From an uncultured Ruminococcus sp. (GTDB taxonomy: Bacteria > Bacillota > Clostridia > Oscillospirales > Acutalibacteraceae), in assembly GCA_902767175.1 (NCBI GenBank), contig CACXGH010000241.1, positions 1 to 31,687 of the forward strand: a stretch of DNA of 31,687 bases, given 5' to 3'. Of the stretch, positions 1 through 8,618 are shown one piece after another. Each line of letters starts with the position of its first letter. Within the stretch, counting starts at the first letter, position 1. The notes below the pieces were generated by a model. That model did not search any database. It was not told where the DNA came from and saw only the letters and a list, made by a program, of their open reading frames with translations. Position numbers and translations under genes: made by a program.

Positions 1-200
1 AGGAGCTAAAGCTCCCCGACGTCTGTTGACGGCGTCGCTCGCTCCAATCAAGCGAGCTTGTTGGAGCTTTGCTCCTTGTTTAATACTTTTTCAGCCGTAC
101 CGCTCGGAAGTGAACTTCGCCGCAATTGTAAGCTTCTGCTTTCAGCCGGTGACAGAAGTCTCTTTGCATACAGAAAATGCGGTTACTCTCTTCGTCAAAG
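1..200 (-). promoter_or_regulatory. T-box riboswitch leader (5' part; antiterminator/terminator and regulated gene lie beyond the left edge), probable Phe (UUC) specifier
   Basis: Minus strand reads GAAG-AGAGUA-ACCGCA...AGAGA...GCUGAAA...UGCGGC-GAA-G-UUC-A-CUUC. This gives stem I with the AGUA/GAA S-turn, the AG bulge, the GNUG distal loop and a specifier loop (UUC at 114-112). Further hairpins follow. The UGGNACC T-box motif is not inside the window. Confidence 0.8.
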
Positions 201-221
201 CGTTTCTGTAATATACAGTGT

Positions 222-251
222 ATTATACCATAAATGCACATATAATTGCAA
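222..251 (-). promoter_or_regulatory. sigma-A-type promoter for the T-box leader
   Basis: TTGCAA (251-246), N18, TATAAT (227-222) with an extended -10 TG, immediately upstream of stem I. Confidence 0.7.
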
Positions 252-257
252 GTGTAA

Positions 258-326
258 GAAAAGAATTACATCGAAAGAAAAGAATTACATCGAAATTACT
301 TGAAAAGAATTACATCGAAATTACTT
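258..326. repeat. Three direct copies of GAAAAGAATTACATCGAAA (copies 2 and 3 extended by TTACTT)
   Basis: Identical 19-mers at 258-276, 277-295 and 302-320; the 25-mer is exact at 277-301 and 302-326. Confidence 0.95.
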
Positions 327-485
327 CCGGGGAAAGCCATGTTCCTGAAAAACAAGCTTTATTTCAGTACTGACTCGCAGATGTTCCTTAAAATCCTGTA
401 ATTTGGAAATAGTGCTGCCATTTTATACAATAATGTATGTCAATGATTGACTGTTCTTAATTACATGATTTATAAGTGTTTCAGA

Positions 486-1508
486 TTATTCATCGTCATC
501 TTCAAGTTCTTCTTCATCATCTGAGAACTGCCATGTCTTGAAGCATTCGCTGATATCCTTTGCATTGGCGTTTCTGCTCCATGTTACATTTCGTTTTACA
601 ATTCTTGCGGGATTTCCTGCAGCTATACAATATTCGGGCAGAACACCCTTGAATGTCGAGCCTGCACCTATTATACATGAATCGCCTATTTCGGCTCTGT
701 TCAGAATAAATGAGCCTGCTCCTACCCAAACATGCTTGCCGAGGGTGATAGTTCCTTTGGGGTCATCATCAAGGTAAAAATTGGTACGCTTTCCTGTTTC
801 CATATCAAAGATAGCATGACCGTCACCGCTGAAAAGCAGGATATCATACGAGAACATACAATCATCACCTATGGTTATACTGTTGTTCTCCATTATTGAG
901 ATTTTGGTATTATCTCCGAAGCTTACACCATTGCCGATAGAAAGCACTCCGTTATCATGTACAAATATTCTGCTTGTACCGCCTGTCTTGCATTTCTTGC
1001 CTATATTTACCTTTGCACCTCCGCTTCCGAAAAGGCGGACCCGCATTTCTCCCTTGAAGCTGTCGTCTATTATGACAGTGGAGTTGCATACATATTTGCC
1101 AAGAACGACCTGACAGCCGCCAGAATGAATAAAATTGCCGTATTCGTCTTTATAATCCGGCGCACCGGGAGCTAATACAGTATTGCTTCTGTTTACGAAC
1201 AGGAAGTCCTTGAACTCACGGAAGCCGAGTCCCTTAAAAAGCTTCTTCAAAGCCGCAGCTGCTCTCAGATGAGGAATGATAATATAGTATTCCTTGGCTT
1301 TTCCTTTAATAGAATCAATGAAAATTCTTCCGCTGCCTGCTTTCTTCTCAACAGTAGTCAGAGAAAGCTCAGTTTCAATTCCGAATTCATTTTTTATAAG
1401 CTCTCTGAATTCATCATTTTCGCCATAAAAGACGATTTTTCTGTCATTACGGTATTTTTTTATCAGCTCAGCGGCAACCCTGTAGCTGTTGATTATTGTT
1501 TCATTCAT
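486..1508 (-). CDS. Hexapeptide-repeat (left-handed beta-helix) O-acyltransferase with extra N-terminal domain
   Basis: DCMFSYDI, GDGHAIFD, ITLGKHVWVG...IGDSCIIGAGS, AAGNPARIVK motifs. The start is moved to ATG at 1508 (MNETII) because of the AAAGGA RBS; the ORF-track start at 1580 has none. Confidence 0.85.
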   Translation of the reverse strand: MNETIINSYRVAAELIKKYRNDRKIVFYGENDEFRELIKNEFGIETELSLTTVEKKAGSGRIFIDSIKGKAKEYYIIIPHLRAAAALKKLFKGLGFREFKDFLFVNRSNTVLAPGAPDYKDEYGNFIHSGGCQVVLGKYVCNSTVIIDDSFKGEMRVRLFGSGGAKVNIGKKCKTGGTSRIFVHDNGVLSIGNGVSFGDNTKISIMENNSITIGDDCMFSYDILLFSGDGHAIFDMETGKRTNFYLDDDPKGTITLGKHVWVGAGSFILNRAEIGDSCIIGAGSTFKGVLPEYCIAAGNPARIVKRNVTWSRNANAKDISECFKTWQFSDDEEELEDDDE

Positions 1509-1580
1509 AATAATTGTCCTTTCGGCATAATCAGCAAATGCTGTACTGCAATTATACCATATACTGAACGTTGTTTTCAA

Positions 1581-2597
1581 TCAATTATCATCATTTTCAG
1601 TAAGTGCTATGTATTCCTCAGGTATATGGGTCATATCATTACGGAGAGATTCTGCAGACCATGTAGTGTCCTTTCTTATAATTTTTGCGGGATTTCCTGC
1701 TATGACGCAGTTGTTCGGGAAAGTACCCTTGACTATCGAGCCTGCACCGATAATTACAGAGGGACCTATTACAGACCTGTTGAGAATGACAGACCTCATT
1801 CCCGCCCATACATGGTCGCCTATGGAAATGATATTTTTCGGGTTGTTCCTGTTCTGCATATTGATGCGTTTTCTTTCTGCTACATCGTAGATAGCATGAC
1901 CGTCACCGCAGTATATTTTTATCTCACAAGAGAAAAGACAGTCTTTTCCTATGTTGAGGGTCATTCCTGCAAGCACCGTTACCTCTGTGTTTCTTACAAA
2001 TGTGGTTTTATCGCCTATACTAATACGTCCGTCACCGAATGCAGTAAATGTTACATTATCCTCGAAGGTGCATTTTCTGCCGATTTTTATTTCAGCTCCG
2101 CCGACTGTTTTTACAGTGATCGAAGTATCTTCTCCGAATGTGCAGCTTTCGTCAATATCAATGCTTGCATTGCACACATATTCATCAAGAACGACTCTGC
2201 ATGACGGAGAATTAACACGGTTGCCGTAGCCGTCGGTATAATCCTTTACGCCTTTGTCGAACACAATTTTATCGTGGTTATAGAAAAAGCAGTCCACAAA
2301 GTCTTCATATCCGTAGCTGTAAAGCCTGAGCTGCATATCAAGGGTCTTCTTGTGCTTGGGAACAATAATAAAATAACGGTCGTTCATGTTCTTTATGTCA
2401 AGAATATGTGTGAACTTATCGCCGGCTTTCTTCTTCACCGTAGTGATTATCATCGGATCGTCAATGCCGTATTCGGTTTTGAGAAACTGTCTGTAGGTTT
2501 CTGAGTCTCCCAGAAGAACAATGGTGCGGTCTCCTCTCAGCCTGTCTATTGTTTCAGCCATGCTTCTGTAGTGACTAAGGAATGCTTCTTTGTTCAT
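1581..2597 (-). CDS. Hexapeptide-repeat O-acyltransferase, paralog of 486-1508
   Basis: DCLFSCEI, GDGHAIYD, ISIGDHVWAG...IGPSVIIGAGS, IAGNPAKIIR motifs; ATG at 2597 preceded by AAAGGAG. Confidence 0.85.
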   Translation of the reverse strand: MNKEAFLSHYRSMAETIDRLRGDRTIVLLGDSETYRQFLKTEYGIDDPMIITTVKKKAGDKFTHILDIKNMNDRYFIIVPKHKKTLDMQLRLYSYGYEDFVDCFFYNHDKIVFDKGVKDYTDGYGNRVNSPSCRVVLDEYVCNASIDIDESCTFGEDTSITVKTVGGAEIKIGRKCTFEDNVTFTAFGDGRISIGDKTTFVRNTEVTVLAGMTLNIGKDCLFSCEIKIYCGDGHAIYDVAERKRINMQNRNNPKNIISIGDHVWAGMRSVILNRSVIGPSVIIGAGSIVKGTFPNNCVIAGNPAKIIRKDTTWSAESLRNDMTHIPEEYIALTENDDN

Positions 2598-2613
2598 AAA
2601 AATCTCCTTTTTT

Positions 2614-2650
2614 TTAAGCTGCACAGGGAATAAACCTCTGTGCAGCTTAA
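2614..2650. other. Intercistronic stem-loop (13-bp perfect stem), no U-tract on the sense strand
   Basis: TTAAGCTGCACAG-GGAATAAACCT-CTGTGCAGCTTAA; on the minus (sense) strand it is followed by AAAAAAGGAG, the RBS of the next gene. Confidence 0.75.
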
Positions 2651-2665
2651 TGTGTGTTAATAGAA

Positions 2666-5600
2666 TTATCTCTTGCAGGGGAAGTCAGTCTCGTGTGTAT
2701 CGAAGCATACCGAGTCGACAAGCTTTTTGTCTGCCTTGTTATAAACAACAATGTTCAGACCTCTGCTGTTTACAGAATGATCCTTGCCGTTTATCTGAAT
2801 AATAGCTTCGTTTCCGTTATTGTAGGTGCGGCTTGTTACATAGACATTGCTTGTGCCGAATGAAGCGTCATATACAACGGGTGTATCCTTTGCACCGAGT
2901 TTTTCAAAAATCACCTTGCCGCCATTAATAACTGCCGCATAGCTGTGACCGTGCTGTCCCTGCAGGTCTGTTCTGAGTCCGAGTGTCTTAAGCTCTGCTG
3001 CTGCGGCGGGACTGAGTGCAAGACCGGGAGTATCCTTGACGGCTATTGCGATTATATTTCCCTTGAAGTTCTTCTTGAGCGCTGTAATATAGCTGAATAT
3101 GTCAGTCTTGTCATTGAGTGTCTCTGAGGGAGCCGGAGAAGCCGATACAGTCTCCTGAGCGTCATCAGATGAAGCAGTGAACATACTTTCGGTCATTTCT
3201 GCAAGATTGTCTGTCATGCTCATGATAAGCTCCTTGAGGTTGTTTATCTTCTTATCCTGCTCTGCAGCAAGCTCACGGAGAATGTCATATTCTGACATAT
3301 AAGATGGTTTGGGAGCTGCAAGGGCATTTTTCAGCCAATTCAGACATCTTTCTCTCTCTTTGCCGAGTATCTCATAAACAGCATCGTAATCGACAGGTTT
3401 GTCAAATCTGCCTGATTCAAGATCTGAGATGTCATTTATGAGTCTGTCCTCAAGGTGGAGCATCTTTGCTATGGAATAGAATCTCGATGCTCCTCTCTTT
3501 TCGTTTACAATCGCAGCAAACGGCTTTTTCATCAGAATAGCAAAGCACATACCGTGGAAGGAGTCCGTTACAAAGAAGTCGCAGTTTGCAATGCTCTGCA
3601 GCCTTTCTTCGGTCTTGAGAGGACCTTTATACAGATCTCCGAGAGGCTCGTAATATGAGTCGGGGCGCTGGTACTCCGAGAATACCTCGCAGCCCGTGCC
3701 AAGCTTATCCATGAAATGACGGAGTATTTTTGTCTTATTCTCATCAGGGTCGAGAATATATGAGCTTACATACTTTTCTGGAAGCTTTCTTGTGCAGCGG
3801 TCGATAAGAGTCTGATAGTGTTTCATATCACACAGGAATACAGGGTCAAGTACCCAAACGGCACCGTCAACACCGTAGACATTTTTAGCCGTATCAACAC
3901 CACTGTCCTCTCTTACAGAGAAGTGGTCGAAGCGCTGCAGATAGAAAGCAAGCTCGCTGTGTATCTTAGGACTTCCGAGAGTCCTTCCGAATGAAGCCGA
4001 GTAAGCTATCTTTTTCTTTGTGTCGCTTACCCAATCGAGTGAGGTGTATTTGTCAAGTGCTGTATAGAGATTGAAGTTGAACAGCTTATCAGAGCCGACA
4101 ACGAACATATCGCACTTGTTGTTCAGCACGGCTCTCATTTCGTCTCTGTCCTTGAGAGTCTTTGCAACAGCATATTCAGGGAACAGGGGAGCAAGATGTA
4201 TCTTGTCGTATGATTCGAGAACTCTGTCGATATTCTTTGCTGTCTTGGGACGCTCGATCATAAGAGTAGCGTAGCCGAGGTCTTCAAGGATATGATAGAG
4301 TGCATAATGAGTCATTGCACCGCCAAAGTTTACGGCGTAGAAGTTTACTGCAAGACCCGTGTCAAAGTGCTTTTTATCCAGCATTTCAACGCTCTGTGAA
4401 AGGGTATGGTGCTTTAAAAGCTCCATAAATCTTGTGCGGTTGGGGCTTGCCGGATAGTGCGAACGGACGCGGTTTTTCTTTATCTCGTTCGTCTGTATTT
4501 TCATGAGCTTGCGCTTGGAAAGTCTGCGTTTTATCGAATCATAGAGCTGTCTGCCCTGAGAATTGTTTACGAATATTATAGATGTTCCGAGCTTGTCGGT
4601 CATGCCGGGTTCAAGCTCCTGTATTCCCCAGAAATCGCCTATAGAAAGGTCGCCCTGTCTTGGAAATGCACAGAACATACAGTCTGCACAGGACTTTCTG
4701 AGAGCTGTTTTATCATGGAAGGCTCTTTCAAAGGGGTCATTGTCTTTAAGACTGCCTTCATATACCTTGCCGTTGTCGAATTCTACTCTGATAAAAGTGC
4801 TGCTTCTCCAGCCGTGGCGCTCTTTATCACGGAAGATGACATTGACAGGTCTTGGCGGTTCGTCCTCAGTGCATACAGAGGGAAGACGGGATATTTCATC
4901 AAGATAACCCCTGAGCATTTTCTGTGAAGGAACACCGTGACAGAGAATATCTATTGCATAAAGATTGTCATAGTCTTTATTGAGATATGCCTTGAGACCT
5001 GCAACCTGACAGGGTGTACCTGTGAAGAGAACGGGTTTATCGGTGTCGAGCAGCTTCTTGACGTCACGGTAGAGCATATTTATATTGCTCTGTGCATATT
5101 TTGCCTTTCTCATAGGAGCAAGCTCTTCTTTAGATGATACTATCCTGTGTGCTATCTCAAGCTTATCGGTATCAAAAACAGCACCGCATACATAGCCGCC
5201 CATTTCGATTATTTTCTCTGCAGCTACAGTGAACATACCGCCTGAGGAGCTTTGAGACCTTATTTCATTCTGAGCCATTGCGGAATAAATTTCCGGCTGA
5301 AGTGAATTATCGGCATGAGTATTTACTGCCGGACAGGTATTGATACACTTCTTGCAGCCTATGCACTTATTCATGTCAACACCCGGCATGATAAAACCGT
5401 ATTCGTTTTCCTGCATCGTTATTGCATTGACGGGACATACATTTGCACAGGCAGAACAGCCGGTACATACGTTTTCGGGAACTCCTGCAACGGTTGAGGG
5501 ATAGATTCCCTCCATTTTAGTGCTTCTGATTATTTTGGACTGTTTTTTTGCGGAAGGGTCTGTTTTCTTTTCTGAGGAAATAGCGTTTTTCAGCCAATCA

Positions 5601-6712
5601 TATGAGAGCTTTGCGTTCTTGTCTATGATCTCCCATACCTTTTTATAGTCGATCTCCGTTGAAAGAATTTTTCTTATTCTCTTGTCTATGACCTCGGGCG
5701 TCATATCGTCCTCGTCAAGATTTATCATTCTGTCCTCAAGTCCTACTGTAGCAAGAAGGGTCCTGAAACGGGCGAGGCTCTGTCCTTTGTTTACGATACA
5801 TACAAAGGGTCTGCCGAATATGATAGAGAAACAAAGTCCATGGAAGGAGTCTCCTATATAGCACTGCGTATTCTCAAAATATTTCAGCCAATCCTCAACG
5901 CTCGGATTTTCAACGGCAGGAAGTCCTGTCTTATTGGTGAAGTTCTCGGGATTGTTAGGATTAGGCAGACAGTAATACTTACAGTTGAGTATATCAGCGA
6001 TTTTCAGTATAAAATCTGCCTTTTCCTTGCCGGGACCAAGAAAATAACTCGAAACATATTTTTCGTCAATTTTAACCTGTGAATTAGCTGCTAAGTCGTG
6101 ATAAACCTTTCTGTCGCAGAGGAAAACAGGATCCATGATCTTATCTGCTTTAGAATGGAATACATCATTGCAGATTTTTACTGCTTCGTCTTCACGCACA
6201 CCGATAAAGTCAAACTTTTTCATAAAATGCTCCGACCATATCCTGTCCTCCTCAGGACCGTCATATCCCGAGCCGAATGAGCTTGCCATAGCTATCTTCT
6301 TCTTTTCATCATTGACGAAATCAAGGAAGAAGAACTGACCTGCTTCTCTGCCGCATATCTGATAATGCCATACGACATCAGAGCCGACAATAAAGGTGTC
6401 GCATGTCTTGTTCAGCACCTTGTAATCCATAGAGCTGTGGTAACACTGCGTTACATTGTTGTCGCAGTATTTATAGATGAACTTGTTTGCAATAGTGTCC
6501 TTATCGGCATATCTCGGTCTCCACAGTACCTCAGGCTTATTTACCATGACAGCACTGTAGCCCATGCTCCTGACTACGTCATAAAGAGCATAATAGGTGA
6601 GAACGGATCCGTAATTGAGTCCGAACCAGAGTCCTACGATACCTACATCGTGGTGAGTATCCTCAGCCTTTACGGTCATTTCACGGCTTTCGGTTTTCAA
6701 TGTATCGCTCAT
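2666..6712 (-). CDS. Multidomain fusion: polysaccharide pyruvyltransferase-family domain + 2x[4Fe-4S] ferredoxin + FrhB/FdhB (F420 hydrogenase beta)-like domain + second pyruvyltransferase-family domain + C-terminal ILEI/PANDER-like domain
   Basis: Two copies of N(Y/F)G..(L/M)T.YALY / VGSD / KKKIA..SFG / DSFHG.CF. Ferredoxin motifs CTGCSACANVCP and CIGCKKCINTCP. FrhB-like motifs SSSGGMF, KYAQS, GTPCQVAGL, CHGVPS, RKSCADC, GDLSIGDFWG. C-terminal GHSYAAVI...RGLNIVVY...VDSVCFDTH. Confidence 0.85.
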   Translation of the reverse strand: MSDTLKTESREMTVKAEDTHHDVGIVGLWFGLNYGSVLTYYALYDVVRSMGYSAVMVNKPEVLWRPRYADKDTIANKFIYKYCDNNVTQCYHSSMDYKVLNKTCDTFIVGSDVVWHYQICGREAGQFFFLDFVNDEKKKIAMASSFGSGYDGPEEDRIWSEHFMKKFDFIGVREDEAVKICNDVFHSKADKIMDPVFLCDRKVYHDLAANSQVKIDEKYVSSYFLGPGKEKADFILKIADILNCKYYCLPNPNNPENFTNKTGLPAVENPSVEDWLKYFENTQCYIGDSFHGLCFSIIFGRPFVCIVNKGQSLARFRTLLATVGLEDRMINLDEDDMTPEVIDKRIRKILSTEIDYKKVWEIIDKNAKLSYDWLKNAISSEKKTDPSAKKQSKIIRSTKMEGIYPSTVAGVPENVCTGCSACANVCPVNAITMQENEYGFIMPGVDMNKCIGCKKCINTCPAVNTHADNSLQPEIYSAMAQNEIRSQSSSGGMFTVAAEKIIEMGGYVCGAVFDTDKLEIAHRIVSSKEELAPMRKAKYAQSNINMLYRDVKKLLDTDKPVLFTGTPCQVAGLKAYLNKDYDNLYAIDILCHGVPSQKMLRGYLDEISRLPSVCTEDEPPRPVNVIFRDKERHGWRSSTFIRVEFDNGKVYEGSLKDNDPFERAFHDKTALRKSCADCMFCAFPRQGDLSIGDFWGIQELEPGMTDKLGTSIIFVNNSQGRQLYDSIKRRLSKRKLMKIQTNEIKKNRVRSHYPASPNRTRFMELLKHHTLSQSVEMLDKKHFDTGLAVNFYAVNFGGAMTHYALYHILEDLGYATLMIERPKTAKNIDRVLESYDKIHLAPLFPEYAVAKTLKDRDEMRAVLNNKCDMFVVGSDKLFNFNLYTALDKYTSLDWVSDTKKKIAYSASFGRTLGSPKIHSELAFYLQRFDHFSVREDSGVDTAKNVYGVDGAVWVLDPVFLCDMKHYQTLIDRCTRKLPEKYVSSYILDPDENKTKILRHFMDKLGTGCEVFSEYQRPDSYYEPLGDLYKGPLKTEERLQSIANCDFFVTDSFHGMCFAILMKKPFAAIVNEKRGASRFYSIAKMLHLEDRLINDISDLESGRFDKPVDYDAVYEILGKERERCLNWLKNALAAPKPSYMSEYDILRELAAEQDKKINNLKELIMSMTDNLAEMTESMFTASSDDAQETVSASPAPSETLNDKTDIFSYITALKKNFKGNIIAIAVKDTPGLALSPAAAAELKTLGLRTDLQGQHGHSYAAVINGGKVIFEKLGAKDTPVVYDASFGTSNVYVTSRTYNNGNEAIIQINGKDHSVNSRGLNIVVYNKADKKLVDSVCFDTHETDFPCKR

Positions 6713-6746
6713 TAGTACAACTCCTTCATTATATTATGGCTTGATA

Positions 6747-8564
6747 TCAGATATCAAGATACTTCTTCCAGAAGTCAAGCTCCATAAGCTCTTTTCCTCT
6801 GTTGAGATAAGCCTTAACGGTCTTTTTATACTTCCACCTTGATTTGAGCTGTATCTTCCACAGCATAAACATAAGGCGCATTGTCTCCTTTATGCTCTTT
6901 TCGGTAATAAATGCCTTTCTGCTGCTGTAGTCATAATTGAGTACCTTCTTAACACGGTAGAAGTTAACAGGTCTTGCAGTATATGTGGGTGCTACGATAG
7001 GCATTTCCTTGTCATCATTCTTCTTTGCAGGGAGCATAAGTCCGTTTGCTGTGAGTTTCCTCCATATCCTTGTCCTTTTGGGTGGCTCCGGAGTACGGCA
7101 GGCTTTTTCGTATGACGGATAGCTGAAAGGTATAGGCAGGTCGTTTATGTCCTGCATCTTATATCCTCTGCCCATAACATTCTTGTGGAGTGCTTCACCG
7201 TCCTGAGCCATGAGCCAGTCTATTCCGTTATAGAAGTCATTAACGCCGTTCATGAGAAGCTCGGCATTTTTATATCTGTAGAAAACTATCTCACGCTTGA
7301 CCTGAGATTCAAGATCCTTTACGAATTCTTTTCTCTTATAATTAAGAGCGTGGATAGAGTTGTCTAAAAGTCTGTTTCTGAAAATATAATAATAGAGTGA
7401 TGAAGAATATTTGTTTTCAAACGGTTCGTGCCATACACAGATACCGTTCATAAGAATAATATGCTTGAGGTTTCTCAGCCCGTATTCGACATCATCGCCT
7501 CTTATGAAGATAGGCAGGGGGAGGTTGTCCTCCTGTATTACAGATGCGGGGAACGCACAGTACCACCATGCATTGAATTCTGTCTTTTCCTCGAACTCAT
7601 TATATACACAGCTTTCCGTATCCAAAAGATTAAGACCTGATTTGTGGGAAATGAGATAACCCTTGTTCCATCTTGCGCCTGCTTCAGTCTGAATAAACTG
7701 ATTATCAAGTCTGAGCATAGCTCCGCCGACAAATGCGTCCTTGTACTGTTCCTTCAGGAGTGAAAGTATCACGAAGGTGCGGTATACTGATTCGGGGTTT
7801 ATGATAACATCGTCGTCCATAACGAGAACGTGGGTAATGCCCCTTTCCTCACGGCACTTCATTATTTCTATCATGCCTCTTGTGAATCCGCCTGCGCCGC
7901 CTGTGTTCTTGTTGAGGAACACATGGATCTTATCGTTAAGTACGATCTTTGACTGATCAAGTGTTTTAGCGTTGTCAGAAATAAATATCTCAAGCTTATC
8001 CTTCATTTCGGATTTAGGGTCGTTCAGGAAGTTGTCATAAAGCTCCCTTACATTCTTTTCGACAAAGACCTCACGCTTGAAGGTGCATATATCAAGAGCG
8101 ATCTTTACAGGTCTGATATTTTCCTCTTCAACATCACCCTCATAGTATCCGCCGTAAAACTCTCCTTTTTCGCTCAGACAGCATATCTGGAAACAGAACA
8201 TACCGTTATTTGATTCGGTATCAAAAGGGAAGGAGTATGCTCCGATAATATTAGGCTTGCCGAAGGTCTCTTCAAGAAGGAACTTGGTATTTACTCCGTC
8301 AAGGCTTTTTTCCTTTCTCATAAGAGTAATTCTGAACTTGCCTTTTACACGGACATGGATATTGATTTTCTTAACATTAGTATATTTAAACCATTTTTCG
8401 GCGGAACAGCCGTTGAAATAAGTATCGAACTCAACGAGTGCATCCTCGGTCAATTCGAGATGATCCATATCCCATGTGAATTTGACCGAGCCGTGTCTGC
8501 GGAAATACATCTGTTCTTCGGTGCATATTCCGGTTCTTGGGAAAAGAAGGGTTTGAAGTTTCAT
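6747..8564 (-). CDS. GT2 glycosyltransferase, galactofuranosyltransferase GlfT2-like (N-terminal beta-sandwich + GT-A)
   Basis: NTGGAGGFTRG, LVMDDD, NAWWYCAF, PLPIFIRGDDVEYGLR and GICVWHEPF motifs typical of the GlfT2 family. Confidence 0.8.
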   Translation of the reverse strand: MKLQTLLFPRTGICTEEQMYFRRHGSVKFTWDMDHLELTEDALVEFDTYFNGCSAEKWFKYTNVKKINIHVRVKGKFRITLMRKEKSLDGVNTKFLLEETFGKPNIIGAYSFPFDTESNNGMFCFQICCLSEKGEFYGGYYEGDVEEENIRPVKIALDICTFKREVFVEKNVRELYDNFLNDPKSEMKDKLEIFISDNAKTLDQSKIVLNDKIHVFLNKNTGGAGGFTRGMIEIMKCREERGITHVLVMDDDVIINPESVYRTFVILSLLKEQYKDAFVGGAMLRLDNQFIQTEAGARWNKGYLISHKSGLNLLDTESCVYNEFEEKTEFNAWWYCAFPASVIQEDNLPLPIFIRGDDVEYGLRNLKHIILMNGICVWHEPFENKYSSSLYYYIFRNRLLDNSIHALNYKRKEFVKDLESQVKREIVFYRYKNAELLMNGVNDFYNGIDWLMAQDGEALHKNVMGRGYKMQDINDLPIPFSYPSYEKACRTPEPPKRTRIWRKLTANGLMLPAKKNDDKEMPIVAPTYTARPVNFYRVKKVLNYDYSSRKAFITEKSIKETMRLMFMLWKIQLKSRWKYKKTVKAYLNRGKELMELDFWKKYLDI

Positions 8565-8618
8565 ATTATTTTACACTCCTAAATCATATACTTCTGACTT
8601 TATAACCTCTGACATCTT

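Noticed and set aside
258-326. Possible CRISPR array
   Set aside because: The repeats are adjacent or separated by 6 nt, with no unique spacers and no cas genes.
1269-2204. 311-aa plus-strand ORF
   Set aside because: It is antisense to two well-supported acyltransferase genes and has no recognisable motifs or RBS.
4380-5470. Literal F420-dependent hydrogenase or methanogen-type function for the FrhB-like domain
   Set aside because: There are no hydrogenase large/small subunits or F420 biosynthesis genes nearby, and the context is polysaccharide modification.
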